Source: a virus (taxonomy: Duplodnaviria > Caudoviricetes). From it: a stretch of DNA of 64,000 bases. Both the position numbers and the translations under genes were made by a program. The notes beneath the pieces are model-generated. The model was given only the letters and a program-made list of their open reading frames with translations, was not told the origin of the DNA and did not search any database. Below, piece after piece: positions 9,001 through 15,672 of the stretch; position 1 is the stretch's first letter, and the number at the start of each line of letters is the position of its first letter. The DNA lies in the IMG/VR virus record IMGVR_UViG_3300017766_002535, positions 1,580 through 65,579 of that record. The stretch is one strand, 5' to 3'.

Positions 9001-9814
9001 GATGGGCAAGGACAAGATCGGCGAGTCGGTCGGCGCCGTGCTCAAGTCGCTGATCGACAGCCTCAACCCGCTCGGCGAGGAATCCGTCAGCCTGTTTTCG
9101 CTGGCGCCGAGCGTGACGCGCCCGCCGCTGCACATCGCCACGAACAAGAACTGGAACGGCCGCCCGGTCTATCCGGAGCGCGACTTTGAGAAGAACAAGC
9201 CGGAATCCGAGCAGTTCTTCGAGACGACGCCGGGCTATGCCAAGGACGCGGCGCGGGGCCTGAACAAGCTTGGCGGCGGCTCGCCCTACAAATCGTCGGG
9301 AACGCTCGACGTGCATCCAGGCTCAATCCAGCACACGCTGGAAAGCATGACCGGCGGCCTCGGCAAGTTCATCAGCGACGTTGCGGGGACCGCGGAGCGG
9401 GCATGGAAGGGCGAGGCATTCGATCCGACCAAGGCGCCGATCATGCGCCGGTTTGTCGGTTCCTCCGGCACCGGGCAGGCGGACAGCGCCCGTTACTATG
9501 CCGAGCGCGATGAGGCCCGCAAAAACGGTGGAGACGCCATCAAAAATGCTCGCAAAGATAGAGCGAAAGGCGTCAATAGGGACGACGCTGATTCGTTCCT
9601 GAAAGACAATACCAATTCGACCCGGGGCGAACAGATATTCAAGAGTGCCGACGCCCTGATGAAGCCGCTGCGGGATCGTAAGAGCCGCATCGAGGGCAAG
9701 GACTCATTCAGCGATACAGACCGCGCAGCGGTCGAGGAAATCAAGCAGCGCATGCGGGACATCCAGAACCGGGCGCGGAAAGAGTATCGAGAGCTAAAGC
9801 AGGGGGCACCGTGA
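2..9814 (+). CDS. Giant polyvalent internal-virion (ejection) protein, C-terminal part; DarB-like N6-adenine MTase + SF2/SNF2 helicase + HExxH metallopeptidase + LPD38-like C-terminus; open at left edge
   Basis: Frame is open from base 2 (AQRRTDQGLKPKVAQK...), so the track start at 38 is not the real start; 3270 codons. Motifs: FEPGMGVGNF (~1690) and NPPF (~1889) for the MTase; AHAVGAGKT (~3968), TIDEAH (~4455), SGTP and EQRNGRGIRQGN for the helicase; FHESYHHIE (~6695); YYGKIPHWERDKNLIIMWP...YIKIPTPF (LPD38-like). Confidence 0.9.
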   Translation, partial: AQRRTDQGLKPKVAQKPADIGLFGDEMDQADLLDRVERASANVEAIEAALGDDADKVAFVDIARAGEIMADNPGMDPATAFSQAVAIGGVEQGFITEQEAEAAYGPEINDALEAERERASQSGEDALGEVAETSEAGGRDAAQTGELPGSSEDGGQAAVDDVGADAVASGTAEQPAAGRGEAAGDRAGDAVGDQPAAETADDAELARRSAVAAASDNVSYGQGPHFAAGASAFKAGEPRELPGYFTKPKHKNAKDWFRGYDRAMADARDAPTWAEILATLPMSPDGRTRQFEIAFGLMTEMTGLRQPSYNDLTPGQKHELMSRLVPAAKEPIIQAEDNADGVQAPVYAGDAPASPEDVQPAESVGRAGGVRGSEGDGSQRDVPRADGERAEDAGRVSEGARGELGDRASDGGDARLSEARTVDAADGRTKRAARPTADVGDNFVIEPGALDEGRGQKAKARDNIKAIAAMQLIEMEGRPATAAEQADLARYVGWGGIKNIFPDDQGAYGDGFQELGPKLRGLLSDEEYATARRSIQYAHYTAEDVVRGMWDAVAKMGFTGGQVFEPGMGVGNFAGMMPQDIAANSHYQGVELDHVTARIAKLLYPKYGVRQDDFTKTRLPENSYDLVIGNPPFADVAIKSDPKYKQGFLLHDYFFAKSLDAVRPGGLLAFVTSAGTMNKMDPSAREYLADRADLVGAIRLPGDAFLKNAGTAVTTDIIFLRKRLPGDVAGDRSWIETTPITLPGKEGDVQGSVNSYFAGNPRMVLGRQDFNDRLYPGRYSVKSVLGSDLKADLAAAIDNLPADVMSPWQDVNTEQHQHDFDTAEKKEGTYYVGPDGSLHQVTNGVGQKVGQRGKGVENGRTAADMERIKALVPVRDALRAVYAADLKGDTANATRARQALNKTYDDFVSKFGPINKAVLQTRRPNVIQMEAARAEAREEARYADAVFREGDFDATALLDAKTPLSVIARKRQEARDEAAKKGLTFDEGDFDPDEVPDVIIDKRPNVDPFMDDPESYRLRAIEQYDEGTGTGHKSDVFFKNIITREVVPKINSVNDGLLYSLSQYGRVNIPAIAEMVKKTDAEVVEALGDQVFKVPGTKDAFQTRDEYLSGNVRKKLEQAQRAADRNPEFRRNVAALEANQPTPLAPSQIHASLGMPWIPPATIQQFAREELGIDNTKVRYTSALASWTVSGDTDSVASRSTWGTEDRRAPALLQDALNRQTTKIYDTVFVDGKKSQVLNIAKTEAANDKLTQMREKFSGWIWTDQARSDTLAAYYNENFNNLVVREYNGDYLTTPGIASDWSWRPHQKRVIARIIQSGNTYVAHAVGAGKTSEYIGAIMEMRRLGLVRKPMVAVPNHMLAQFTREWYHQYPTARLAIADDKRFHTDRRKQFIANVAMEDLDAIIITHSSFGMIPVSDEFQNSVVEREIAQYREVLASLKSEGGDTRITRSRIEKQIERLEQRLVSRKGRKDATFTFEEMGVDHLTIDEAHLFRKLDFSTAMSNLKGVSPEGSQMAWDLYVKSLYLDTIRPGRGLVLGSGTPITNTMAELYTLSRYLQPQVLAERGLEKFDAWAGAFGESVSELEQDPAGNYKPVSRFAKFVNVAELSAMVRQIMDVVTSKQLEQYVTRPQIKGGKRTLHLVERSPEQLRFQEKLAARMKKIAERKGPPQKGDDIILSVIEDGRHSAIDMRLAGGDKSSSPSKLDYMINRAFEIWKDTKNQKFFKVAKGGGYDTKPAMSGPATQLIFNNLGISGSRGLAVPEYIRAEMVRRGVPKNEVALIYDYKSATAKQRLFNDMNEGKVRILIGSVAKMGVGTNVQKRLYAIHNMDPLWYPADDEQRNGRGIRQGNMNPEIEINDYATKGTYDSTMWGMMAKKGRFIEGFFEGDPSLRDMEDLGEASQYELAKAMTTNDPRLIRFTELKQELERANRRKSAFDSDVYATRQNRQRSKAQIEHYTQRVEDTKKDIKQRVDTRGDAFSGKVGKETFDKRADFGVALFNRLGTLEESGSLAGGVKVATVGGFDIYATVKKSNLIKDQTNVDVFMSLNGNATREVSYETSSLGTVRSIEHILHGFETDLAEYEERLAKATKFVKDSEAKANAKFEGQADIDALTKQVADMAADLAKPVEETAAPVEMTEEGDEELASLSDMSGVTLTPQAEEMYARIRDMLAFTVRKIAGDVPLDFHIGLMPVEPPPGYPAGMKNEAGGQYSLGSSLIKLALTTDADQMAKSAFHESYHHIENKLQTPRERELMQLETPRLRQYIKGRTKLTDAMIDGLAGFEVRAIAFQTYAHDRANKKKDAGAGIHIGVRRWFDRLLDLLDRIRNGLRGLGFQTYKDVFKDAFEGKFAGRAKQEGINIDPKSVAAMDEATSGDTLASLADIYSAVDTRIRSKFGERFTELRVKLQDRFIRVRNVQDSFGGVPLAQNAYMAETLLPGRTGFRLEELERTKIEPMIAEMESRGVSLEEVSDYLYAKHAPERNAAMDAINHPNLDGTGGRDLRGKGSGMSDEEAAEIMDRIRNGNRLADFEAVEAMVRDIQQGTLDTLVEYGLISEETAAAWASQYDHYVPLQGFDEAFEDETLAGQRGAGLDTRAKESKRAFGRLSKAAGPLPYILMQAQLAIVRGEKNRVGNTFLRLVRAHPNPALWSINTPKLVPTIDHNTGLVTMIADTNWHNDPNVFVTKIGGQINVIRLEGKDGQNIARALKNMGVEELGWVLSFIRPLTVTMARLSTQWNPNFILPNFARDLGEAYINMQAQEQADFIKNFTKHLIPAIGGSFQAMRGQGGGRYADAFREYDKAGGRVRFFGLDNAADMEKAMRRQMRALQGGPVANIQEMGKQIGDALDLMSGPMENATRLAAYMAARDAGMTIPESANLALNITVNFAKGGELRAVMNSLYMFSQAALSGARRNIHALKNPHVRRATYVLVGIGALSAVLGFGAGGDDEAGESYYGKIPHWERDKNLIIMWPKGFGRDGGYIKIPTPFLFGTMKVIGDRLAGLAMGKDKIGESVGAVLKSLIDSLNPLGEESVSLFSLAPSVTRPPLHIATNKNWNGRPVYPERDFEKNKPESEQFFETTPGYAKDAARGLNKLGGGSPYKSSGTLDVHPGSIQHTLESMTGGLGKFISDVAGTAERAWKGEAFDPTKAPIMRRFVGSSGTGQADSARYYAERDEARKNGGDAIKNARKDRAKGVNRDDADSFLKDNTNSTRGEQIFKSADALMKPLRDRKSRIEGKDSFSDTDRAAVEEIKQRMRDIQNRARKEYRELKQGAP
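312..617 (+). CDS. Nested +1-frame small basic protein (overprinted in giant gene), paralog of 63314-63466
   Basis: GGAGG at 301-305, 6 nt before ATG 312. Host-frame third positions are raised in A/T (~37% by my count). Shares [RK][WF][KR]P..H.[KR].A..L and [FM]R..A[KR].AAK motifs with the nested ORF at 63314. Confidence 0.55.
   Translation: MAPRSTTRWKPSARGHLKAAKTLSAKSLKPAKPAAVMQRKLASFRAAAKMAAKPPSMTSEPMPSHLAPPSNLPPAGVKPLGIEPATPLVTSQPPKLPTTPS
1020..1319 (+). CDS. Nested +1-frame TnpV-like protein (99 aa) overprinted in giant gene
   Basis: GAGGA at 1007-1011, ATG at 1020. The nested frame has typical high-GC codons while the host frame is ~59% A/T at third positions (58/99 codons). Pattern MRQQAPKMFNRLSRSGELEAFV...A...F..L...AIEQVMAAML resembles TnpV (PF14198) by eye. 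Confidence 0.75.
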   Translation: MEFKLPYMQAMRQQAPKMFNRLSRSGELEAFVDQKATEASAMFHELTANAPKTPGGYPREPEASLAIEQVMAAMLDFPKHEQSTRQMDERSALLDQPQT

Positions 9815-10722
9815 CGAACACTGTAAGCCGTACCGTCTCCGATGAGACGTTGGACTGCATCATCCAGATCGAGAGCGCCGGCCGACCGTCGATCAAGGCG
9901 CCGACATCGAGCGCACTGGGGCTATTTCAATTCCTCAACGCGACCTGGGACGGCGTGGTCAAGAAGCACCGCCCCGACCTTCTCGAAGGCCGAACTCGAG
10001 ACGAGGTGCGCGCGCTGCGCACCAAGGCTGAGATCGCCATCGAGCTGGGTGCCCGCTTCACCGAGGACAACCAACGCGCCATCGGCATGGATTGCAGCGG
10101 CGGGGACCTGTACCTCGCGCATTTTCTCGGCGTTGGCGATGCGCGCGACTTCTACCGTGCGAACCCGAACACGCCTGCCGACAGGCTGGTGAAGCCCGAG
10201 GTGATCGCCGCGAACCGCTCGATCTTCATTGTCGACGGTCAGATGCAGACCGCAGGCCAGATCCGGGCCTGGGCGGCGCGCAAGATGGCCTCTGCAGGCG
10301 CGAAGGCTCGTGCGGCGACCGGCGGCAAGGGCTGGATCGCGACGTATTACAAACCGCGCGCCAAGCCCAAGCCGGTCGAGGTCGAAGCCGTCGAGGACAT
10401 CCCCGATCCCCAGGACGCGCCGGAGACCCCGTTGCCTGAGCCGACCGTGGTTGTCCCGGTCGACGCTCCCAAGGAGGTGGTCGAGCAGCAGATCGAGGAG
10501 AGCGCCGCGCGCGATGCGGAGTCGAGCCCGTCATGGCTCAAGCGCAAGTGGAAGGCGGTCACCGGCTGGTTCAGCGGCGGCGCCGGCCTCGCCGGCGTGG
10601 GCCTGTTCGACTGGAAGATTCTGGCGGCCGTGACCGTCGCGTTCCTCGTTATCTCGATCGCGATCATCCTATTCATGGGTCCCGGCAACGTGCGCGCCTG
10701 GGTGCGGAAACAGGTGTCGTAA
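9811..10722 (+). CDS. Endolysin, lytic transglycosylase/lysozyme-like fold with C-terminal transmembrane segment
   Basis: IIQIESAG (catalytic Glu), ALGLFQFLNATW, LYLAHFLG; Pro/Glu linker; hydrophobic C-terminal ILAAVTVAFLVISIAIILFMG; GTGA overlap with the giant gene stop. Confidence 0.85.
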   Translation: MTNTVSRTVSDETLDCIIQIESAGRPSIKAPTSSALGLFQFLNATWDGVVKKHRPDLLEGRTRDEVRALRTKAEIAIELGARFTEDNQRAIGMDCSGGDLYLAHFLGVGDARDFYRANPNTPADRLVKPEVIAANRSIFIVDGQMQTAGQIRAWAARKMASAGAKARAATGGKGWIATYYKPRAKPKPVEVEAVEDIPDPQDAPETPLPEPTVVVPVDAPKEVVEQQIEESAARDAESSPSWLKRKWKAVTGWFSGGAGLAGVGLFDWKILAAVTVAFLVISIAIILFMGPGNVRAWVRKQVS

Positions 10723-11276
10723 TGTTCGATTGGAGCTGGTGGAAAATTGCCTACTGGCTGGTCGGAACGCTCGGCGTCACCGGGACCATCGCGCTCGCGG
10801 TTCTGTTCCCGGCCGCCTTCGGCGTCGCGTTCAAGGCGGTGGTTCGGTTTTTTACTATCGTGCTGTCTTATCGCATCGGCTGCGCTGTGGTTGCAGCGGT
10901 GCTGGCTGCGTTCGTGGCGGACTATGTGAGGCACAGCATCGAGGACGACAAGCACGCCGCCGCGGTGGCCGCGTTCGAGGAGAAGCAGAAGCAGCGGGAC
11001 GCCAAGATCGCGGCGGATACCGAGAAGTGGGTGCGCGAGGAGACGGCCGCGCAATGGACGGCAGAGCGGGATTCGCAAAATGAGGTGGACAGTTTCAAGA
11101 AGGATTTGCCGGTTAGCGACGTGTTCCGCGTTGGCGCTGACGCTGTGCGGCTGCGCGGGATCGCTGGGGAAGCTGTCAGTGGATCTGGCAGCACTAAAAG
11201 CGTGCCAGCGCCTCGGCGGGCCGGTCCAGCCCCCGCCGATCACCGAGGAAACCGATTACCGGGAGCTGGCGGCTGA
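10722..11276 (+). CDS. Rz-like inner-membrane spanin
   Basis: TAATG overlap with the endolysin; N-terminal TM helices followed by an Ala/Glu/Lys coiled coil; overlaps the lipoprotein gene. Confidence 0.7.
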   Translation: MFDWSWWKIAYWLVGTLGVTGTIALAVLFPAAFGVAFKAVVRFFTIVLSYRIGCAVVAAVLAAFVADYVRHSIEDDKHAAAVAAFEEKQKQRDAKIAADTEKWVREETAAQWTAERDSQNEVDSFKKDLPVSDVFRVGADAVRLRGIAGEAVSGSGSTKSVPAPRRAGPAPADHRGNRLPGAGG

Positions 11277-11370
11277 TGCACTGGCGAAGCTCAAACAGGC
11301 CAATCGCGGCAGCGCGGCACACGCCCGCTGCGAGCGTAAAGTCATCGACGACTACGCAAAGGCCCAATAG
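11080..11370 (+). CDS. Rz1-like outer-membrane lipoprotein spanin
   Basis: Basic N-terminus, hydrophobic stretch and lipobox LCGC, Pro-rich core; partly overlaps the i-spanin in another frame. Confidence 0.75.
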   Translation: MRWTVSRRICRLATCSALALTLCGCAGSLGKLSVDLAALKACQRLGGPVQPPPITEETDYRELAADALAKLKQANRGSAAHARCERKVIDDYAKAQ

Positions 11371-11371
11371 C

Positions 11372-11845
11372 ATGTTCACCCGGATGATGGACGCGATCGA
11401 TACCGCGCTCGACTGGCCGATCAACCTGATCGTGAGGCACTTCGAGAAGCGGCTGTTTGAGCTGGCCATGACAACCATCATGCTGGGTGAAGCCATCCTG
11501 CTGATCTTGTCCCCAGGTTCCCTTGCGGCGAGTTCCTTCCATTTTATGTCGGAAACTATGCCTCTGGCGGCGTGCATCGTGCTGTTCGCGCTGTTCGGCA
11601 TAGCGAGAATCGTTGCGCTGGCGCTGAATGGTCACTGGCTTCCGTATGGCGCCTATGTGCGCGCTGGCGGGGCGGTGGTTGGTGCGCTGATGTGGGGTCA
11701 GATGGCCGCTGCGCTGCTTGAGTGGGGCCAGCAGACGATGAAGCCGGTCTCGCCAGGAATCCCGGTCTACGTCACCCTCGCCCTGTTCGAGATAATTTCA
11801 ATGTATCGAGCATTGATCGGGGCGCAGGCCGTTGGAAAGACTTGA
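11372..11845 (+). CDS. Multi-TM holin-like membrane protein
   Basis: About 4 hydrophobic helices; in the lysis cassette directly after the spanins. Confidence 0.55.
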   Translation: MFTRMMDAIDTALDWPINLIVRHFEKRLFELAMTTIMLGEAILLILSPGSLAASSFHFMSETMPLAACIVLFALFGIARIVALALNGHWLPYGAYVRAGGAVVGALMWGQMAAALLEWGQQTMKPVSPGIPVYVTLALFEIISMYRALIGAQAVGKT

Positions 11846-12215
11846 CCGGATCATAAATTGGGCTTTCGACACGATCGCCAAATCGCCGCCGATCCCACTG
11901 CCGTCGTTGCTAGCGGTGATTATCGTGCTGCTGTTGGTGTTTCCGTTGGTCCGCAAGGCGCTGCGTTCGCCCGCGCCGGATCCTGTGGATCATGACGCCA
12001 CCAACTCCGTGACGCTCAATGCCGGCGGCATCTACACCATCTTGGTCGACGTGCAGATCGAGGTTGCGAAGCTCCGCAAGGAAATTGGCAATCTGACCGG
12101 CAAGACGCTCGTGCTGACTGACAAGGTGAACGTCATCGACAAAATGCTGCGGCGCCGGTCGGGGCGGTCGAAGAAGCTGACCGCCCCGGCAGAGGATGAG
12201 CCGGAGTCGATGTAG
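11832..12215 (+). CDS. Single-TM membrane protein (holin/antiholin-like)
   Basis: TTG start, TM LLAVIIVLLLVFPLV, coiled coil, basic tail; last gene of the lysis cassette. Confidence 0.5.
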   Translation: MERLDRIINWAFDTIAKSPPIPLPSLLAVIIVLLLVFPLVRKALRSPAPDPVDHDATNSVTLNAGGIYTILVDVQIEVAKLRKEIGNLTGKTLVLTDKVNVIDKMLRRRSGRSKKLTAPAEDEPESM

Positions 12216-12626
12216 TTAACCGCCCTCCGGCGGCTTTGCTGCGATTTCCTGCTCGATGGCCTTCAACATCTGCTGTTCTCGCGGTGGCGCGTTCGCTGTG
12301 GTCTCGGCCTCATCGAGGTCCGAAACATCCCTCATGATTACGGTTGCCTCGGCCGTCAACAGGTTGATGTTGCGCATAGCGCCGGCCAGCCGGATCAGCT
12401 TGCGCTCGGCCGTCTTGCGCTCGATGTCACAGGTTCGGAGCTGGTTTGTCATCAGCGCCACGCGATCGTTGAGCATCTGGATGGTGCGGCGATCTTCCTC
12501 GGCCGCTGCCTTGAGGCGCTGATTCTCGTTGTGCATGGCCTGTATCTCGACCAGGGCGGCGGCACGGTGTTCGGCCGGCGTCGGCGGCATGTAGGGCCGG
12601 GGATTCGGTGCCTGTTGATTGCTCAT
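12216..12626 (-). CDS. Hypothetical coiled-coil protein
   Basis: 136-aa ORF with heptad pattern; its stop abuts the convergent lysis gene. Confidence 0.7.
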   Translation of the reverse strand: MSNQQAPNPRPYMPPTPAEHRAAALVEIQAMHNENQRLKAAAEEDRRTIQMLNDRVALMTNQLRTCDIERKTAERKLIRLAGAMRNINLLTAEATVIMRDVSDLDEAETTANAPPREQQMLKAIEQEIAAKPPEGG

Positions 12627-13030
12627 CGTTTACTCCGTTTCTGAAACGGGCGGGATGCCCATTTGGACTTCTTCGGCTCGCGCTGGTCGCGCGGCGTGTT
12701 CATGGTGCGGGTGTGCTCGACGTAGCCGGTGGCGACGCGCCGGCCCTTGGCCATGCGCGGTATGTCATAGGTGGCAGTCTTCTCCCGTGCTGGAGGGATC
12801 AGTCTCGGGACGAGATTCCAGTGTTCGTCGGGGCCGTTGTAGGGGGCCGCGTGCGGAATCGGATCATGGTCCCATTGGAACAACGATAGGATCTGATCCT
12901 CCGACAGCGCCTTGGCCTCCTCGTGGTTGAGGATCAATTCCAGCTTGCCGTCGACCTCGTGGCGCATCTGGCAGAGCGCGGCAACGAGCTTGGTCTTGAA
13001 GCTGATGTAGCCGCGCGCGCGCTTACTCAC
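12623..13030 (-). CDS. HNH-like protein, probably degenerate
   Basis: FQWDHDPIPH...GPDEHWNLVPRLIPPAREKT resembles the HNH core, but the last His/Cys is absent; start inferred at GTG 13030. Confidence 0.5.
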   Translation of the reverse strand: MSKRARGYISFKTKLVAALCQMRHEVDGKLELILNHEEAKALSEDQILSLFQWDHDPIPHAAPYNGPDEHWNLVPRLIPPAREKTATYDIPRMAKGRRVATGYVEHTRTMNTPRDQREPKKSKWASRPFQKRSKR

Positions 13031-13177
13031 GCCACGCTCTTTTGGCTGCGTCGAGTTCTCTGCAAGCTTCGAGATAGGCATACTTGAATGCTTGCCCGAT
13101 CTCTCGACCCAGCACGGTGAAAAAACCAGCTGCCATGGCAGGCAAAACGAGCACAAGGATTAAGAGCTTTGGAGTTT

Positions 13178-13594
13178 TCATCGCTTCAACTTCTCCACGT
13201 GCGGCCTGCAGATCAAAACGACCCGCATGCAGGTTTCAACGTCCATCATCCCGATGTGACAGTCTTCCGGCTTGATGCCGAGCTGCACAGCGAGCCATCG
13301 GTAGCCCAGGCCGCGCGCCTTCCCCTTGTCCATCCCCCGCGCCACCTTCGCCTCCCACAGCGGATCAAATACCGCGTGCGCGTGCTGCTTGGCCTGCCGG
13401 AGCTTCGCGTCCGCCAACCGGCCGAGCGGCTTGGTGGTGCCCTCGTGGCACCCGACATAGACATCGGTGCATTTCGGGCATTGGTACATCGGCTTGTCGG
13501 CGAGGTGCTTCATCCACGGGTAGATCGTGGCGCCGGTGACGAACACCGACGGCGTGTTGCAGTACGGGCAGATCGGGGCGGCTTGATCGGTCAC
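13178..13594 (-). CDS. DUF3268-family zinc-finger protein
   Basis: CPYC...YQCPKC..YVGCH.GT.KPLGRLAD..LR..K..AH..FDPLW...HIG pattern. Confidence 0.8.
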   Translation of the reverse strand: MTDQAAPICPYCNTPSVFVTGATIYPWMKHLADKPMYQCPKCTDVYVGCHEGTTKPLGRLADAKLRQAKQHAHAVFDPLWEAKVARGMDKGKARGLGYRWLAVQLGIKPEDCHIGMMDVETCMRVVLICRPHVEKLKR

Positions 13595-14037
13595 AGCAGG
13601 TGATCGTAGGTTTCGCCGATGAACTGCTTGGCCTCCTCAGCGAGGTCGGGTCTTACGATTGGTGTTCCGGTTTTGTGGGTGGCCGAAGTCCAGCCACACA
13701 ATCCGGTCGGATTCCCGTTCTTGATGCCAAGGGTTTTGATGTGGTACCGGGCGCGATGTTCAACATGGTTGGCTGCGGTCACGATGAAGTAGGCGGCATA
13801 TGTTCGCCCGCTGGAGGTGTTGGCTTTGCCGCGATCAACGAGCCACTTCACGTCGCCATCGTACCAGCCGTAGCCGACGTCGACCAACAGCATGTCGCCG
13901 GGCTTGTGGACCAACTCCTCGTTGGTGGCGAAGCACTTCTCGGCAGCTGGCTTGTTCGGATAATGCCGCCAGCAATTCGGGCAGAAATGAACGGCGGAAA
14001 AGTCGGTGGGTAGACTATGGCTACGAATGGATGTCAT
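13591..14037 (-). CDS. Hypothetical protein
   Basis: 148-aa ORF with 4-nt overlaps on both sides; N-terminal CPNC. Confidence 0.7.
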   Translation of the reverse strand: MTSIRSHSLPTDFSAVHFCPNCWRHYPNKPAAEKCFATNEELVHKPGDMLLVDVGYGWYDGDVKWLVDRGKANTSSGRTYAAYFIVTAANHVEHRARYHIKTLGIKNGNPTGLCGWTSATHKTGTPIVRPDLAEEAKQFIGETYDHLL

Positions 14038-14477
14038 CGTCGGTATCCCTCATATCGCTTGTCAGCGGTGATTTCGTTGAACCTGTCCTGCACTTCCTTG
14101 GGCGAGTTGCCGAGCCATTCGGCCACCTTGTCGATCGCCGCCTTGAACAGCGGCAACCACTCCTCCTGCGTCATGCTCTCGAACGCGATGGACTTCGTGG
14201 TGATGTGCAGCTTCCCGGTGCGATCGAGGAAGGTGTCAACATGGTGAAGCGCACGCTTCAACCCCTCGCTGGCCTTCTCCCGAGTATCGTAGGTGTCGTC
14301 GTTCTCTGCCACGAGCTGGCAGAGCGCCCACCACATATTCAGCTGCTTCGTGTTCCGCGCGCCGTTGGTGTCGGCAACGAACTCGCTGCCATCCTTCCGG
14401 CTTTGCAGAAATTCGAGAGATGCGGCGCCGACAGGAACCGCACAGTTGCCCTCGCGGCGCCAGATCCCTTTAGCCAC
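14034..14477 (-). CDS. DUF1367/NinB-like recombination accessory protein
   Basis: RNTKQLNMWWAL...KSIAFESMTQEEW..LF motif; next to ERF. Confidence 0.6.
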   Translation of the reverse strand: MAKGIWRREGNCAVPVGAASLEFLQSRKDGSEFVADTNGARNTKQLNMWWALCQLVAENDDTYDTREKASEGLKRALHHVDTFLDRTGKLHITTKSIAFESMTQEEWLPLFKAAIDKVAEWLGNSPKEVQDRFNEITADKRYEGYRR

Positions 14478-15672
14478 GGTTCACCCTCTCGATATGAGCG
14501 TCGAGCAGATCGGCCGCCTTCTTCCAGACGTAGGGCGAGACGGTCTCGCGGGCCGGAGCCATGATGCTTTCCTGCTCGGCGGCGATCTCCTCGACTTTGC
14601 CGCACTGCTCGAACGCCTCCTTGAGCGACATGAGCCAGTCCTTGTCGGCGTCTGACAGCTTGCGATCGAGCGCCCAGGGGATTTCGCCATCGTCCTTGGC
14701 GGTCTCCTTGGTGACCAGCTTGGTGTAGCCGGGGAAGTCGCTGCCGGCCGCCGGGCCGCTGCTGATCTTGTCGGCGGGCTTGTCGGAGAGCGCCGCGATG
14801 CGCGCATCCATCGCGTCGAGCAATGTATCATAAACCACCGGGAAGCGACCTTTGAGCTTGTCGAAGGCTCCTGAGTTCAGGCCGTACCAGCTATCGACCT
14901 CGGCGGCGGACTCGGCCTTGGCGACGAAGCCGTTGAACCGGGTAGCCCACGCCTCCGGGGCCTCGCCGTCGATGATGGCGATCGAGTGCGGCGGGAGCTT
15001 GCCGTTCGGCGCTGGGACCGGCCTGCGCTGGCCCTGCGGGCGCGGGCGCTGCTGCTGTTCGCCTGCGCCGCCGTTGTCCGCGTCCTCGGCGTCGTCGGTC
15101 GGGATCTGGAACAACGAGAGCAGGAAGTATTTTCGCGCCGACGTGTGGCACTTGTTGAACGCCTTATCGTCATACTTTCCGTTCGACGTTCGGCACATCG
15201 AGACGCCGGTGATGATCGGGCGCTCCGGCCAAATCTCCCCGCTCTTGTGAACGATGGTGAACTCGTAGCGCACCGCCATCGCCCGGCCTTCATCGAACAT
15301 ATCGCGGTCCATCTCGTTCTGGAACACGACGACGCCATGCTTGCCCATCAGCGGCGTCAACTCGCCCATCAGGTCTTGCATGCGGGCATAGTTGTATTTG
15401 TGGAAGTCGTTCCAGCCCTCCTTGGCGACCGGCTTGATCTCGGCCATCACGCCGGCGATGGCGTCCGCCAGGGCGGCAAAGCCGGTTGTCGGAAGCGACA
15501 CACGCTCCCGCTCGGCACGAGGTTGGGCGGGTGCGCTGGCCTGCTGCTGGTGGACAGCCGGCAGATCATTCGTCCGGATCGACTCGACCGTGATTTCGTG
15601 GTCGCGGTCGCGCGGGTCGGCTTGGGTGGTCTCCGCGGGCGGTGCAGGCGCGCGGGTGGGGCGGCTGTTCAT
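14470..15672 (-). CDS. erf: ERF-family single-strand annealing protein
   Basis: LADAIAGVMAEIKPVAKEGWNDFHKYNYA...KCHTSARKYFLLSLFQIPTDD ERF domain with an extended C-terminus. Confidence 0.85.
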   Translation of the reverse strand: MNSRPTRAPAPPAETTQADPRDRDHEITVESIRTNDLPAVHQQQASAPAQPRAERERVSLPTTGFAALADAIAGVMAEIKPVAKEGWNDFHKYNYARMQDLMGELTPLMGKHGVVVFQNEMDRDMFDEGRAMAVRYEFTIVHKSGEIWPERPIITGVSMCRTSNGKYDDKAFNKCHTSARKYFLLSLFQIPTDDAEDADNGGAGEQQQRPRPQGQRRPVPAPNGKLPPHSIAIIDGEAPEAWATRFNGFVAKAESAAEVDSWYGLNSGAFDKLKGRFPVVYDTLLDAMDARIAALSDKPADKISSGPAAGSDFPGYTKLVTKETAKDDGEIPWALDRKLSDADKDWLMSLKEAFEQCGKVEEIAAEQESIMAPARETVSPYVWKKAADLLDAHIERVNRG

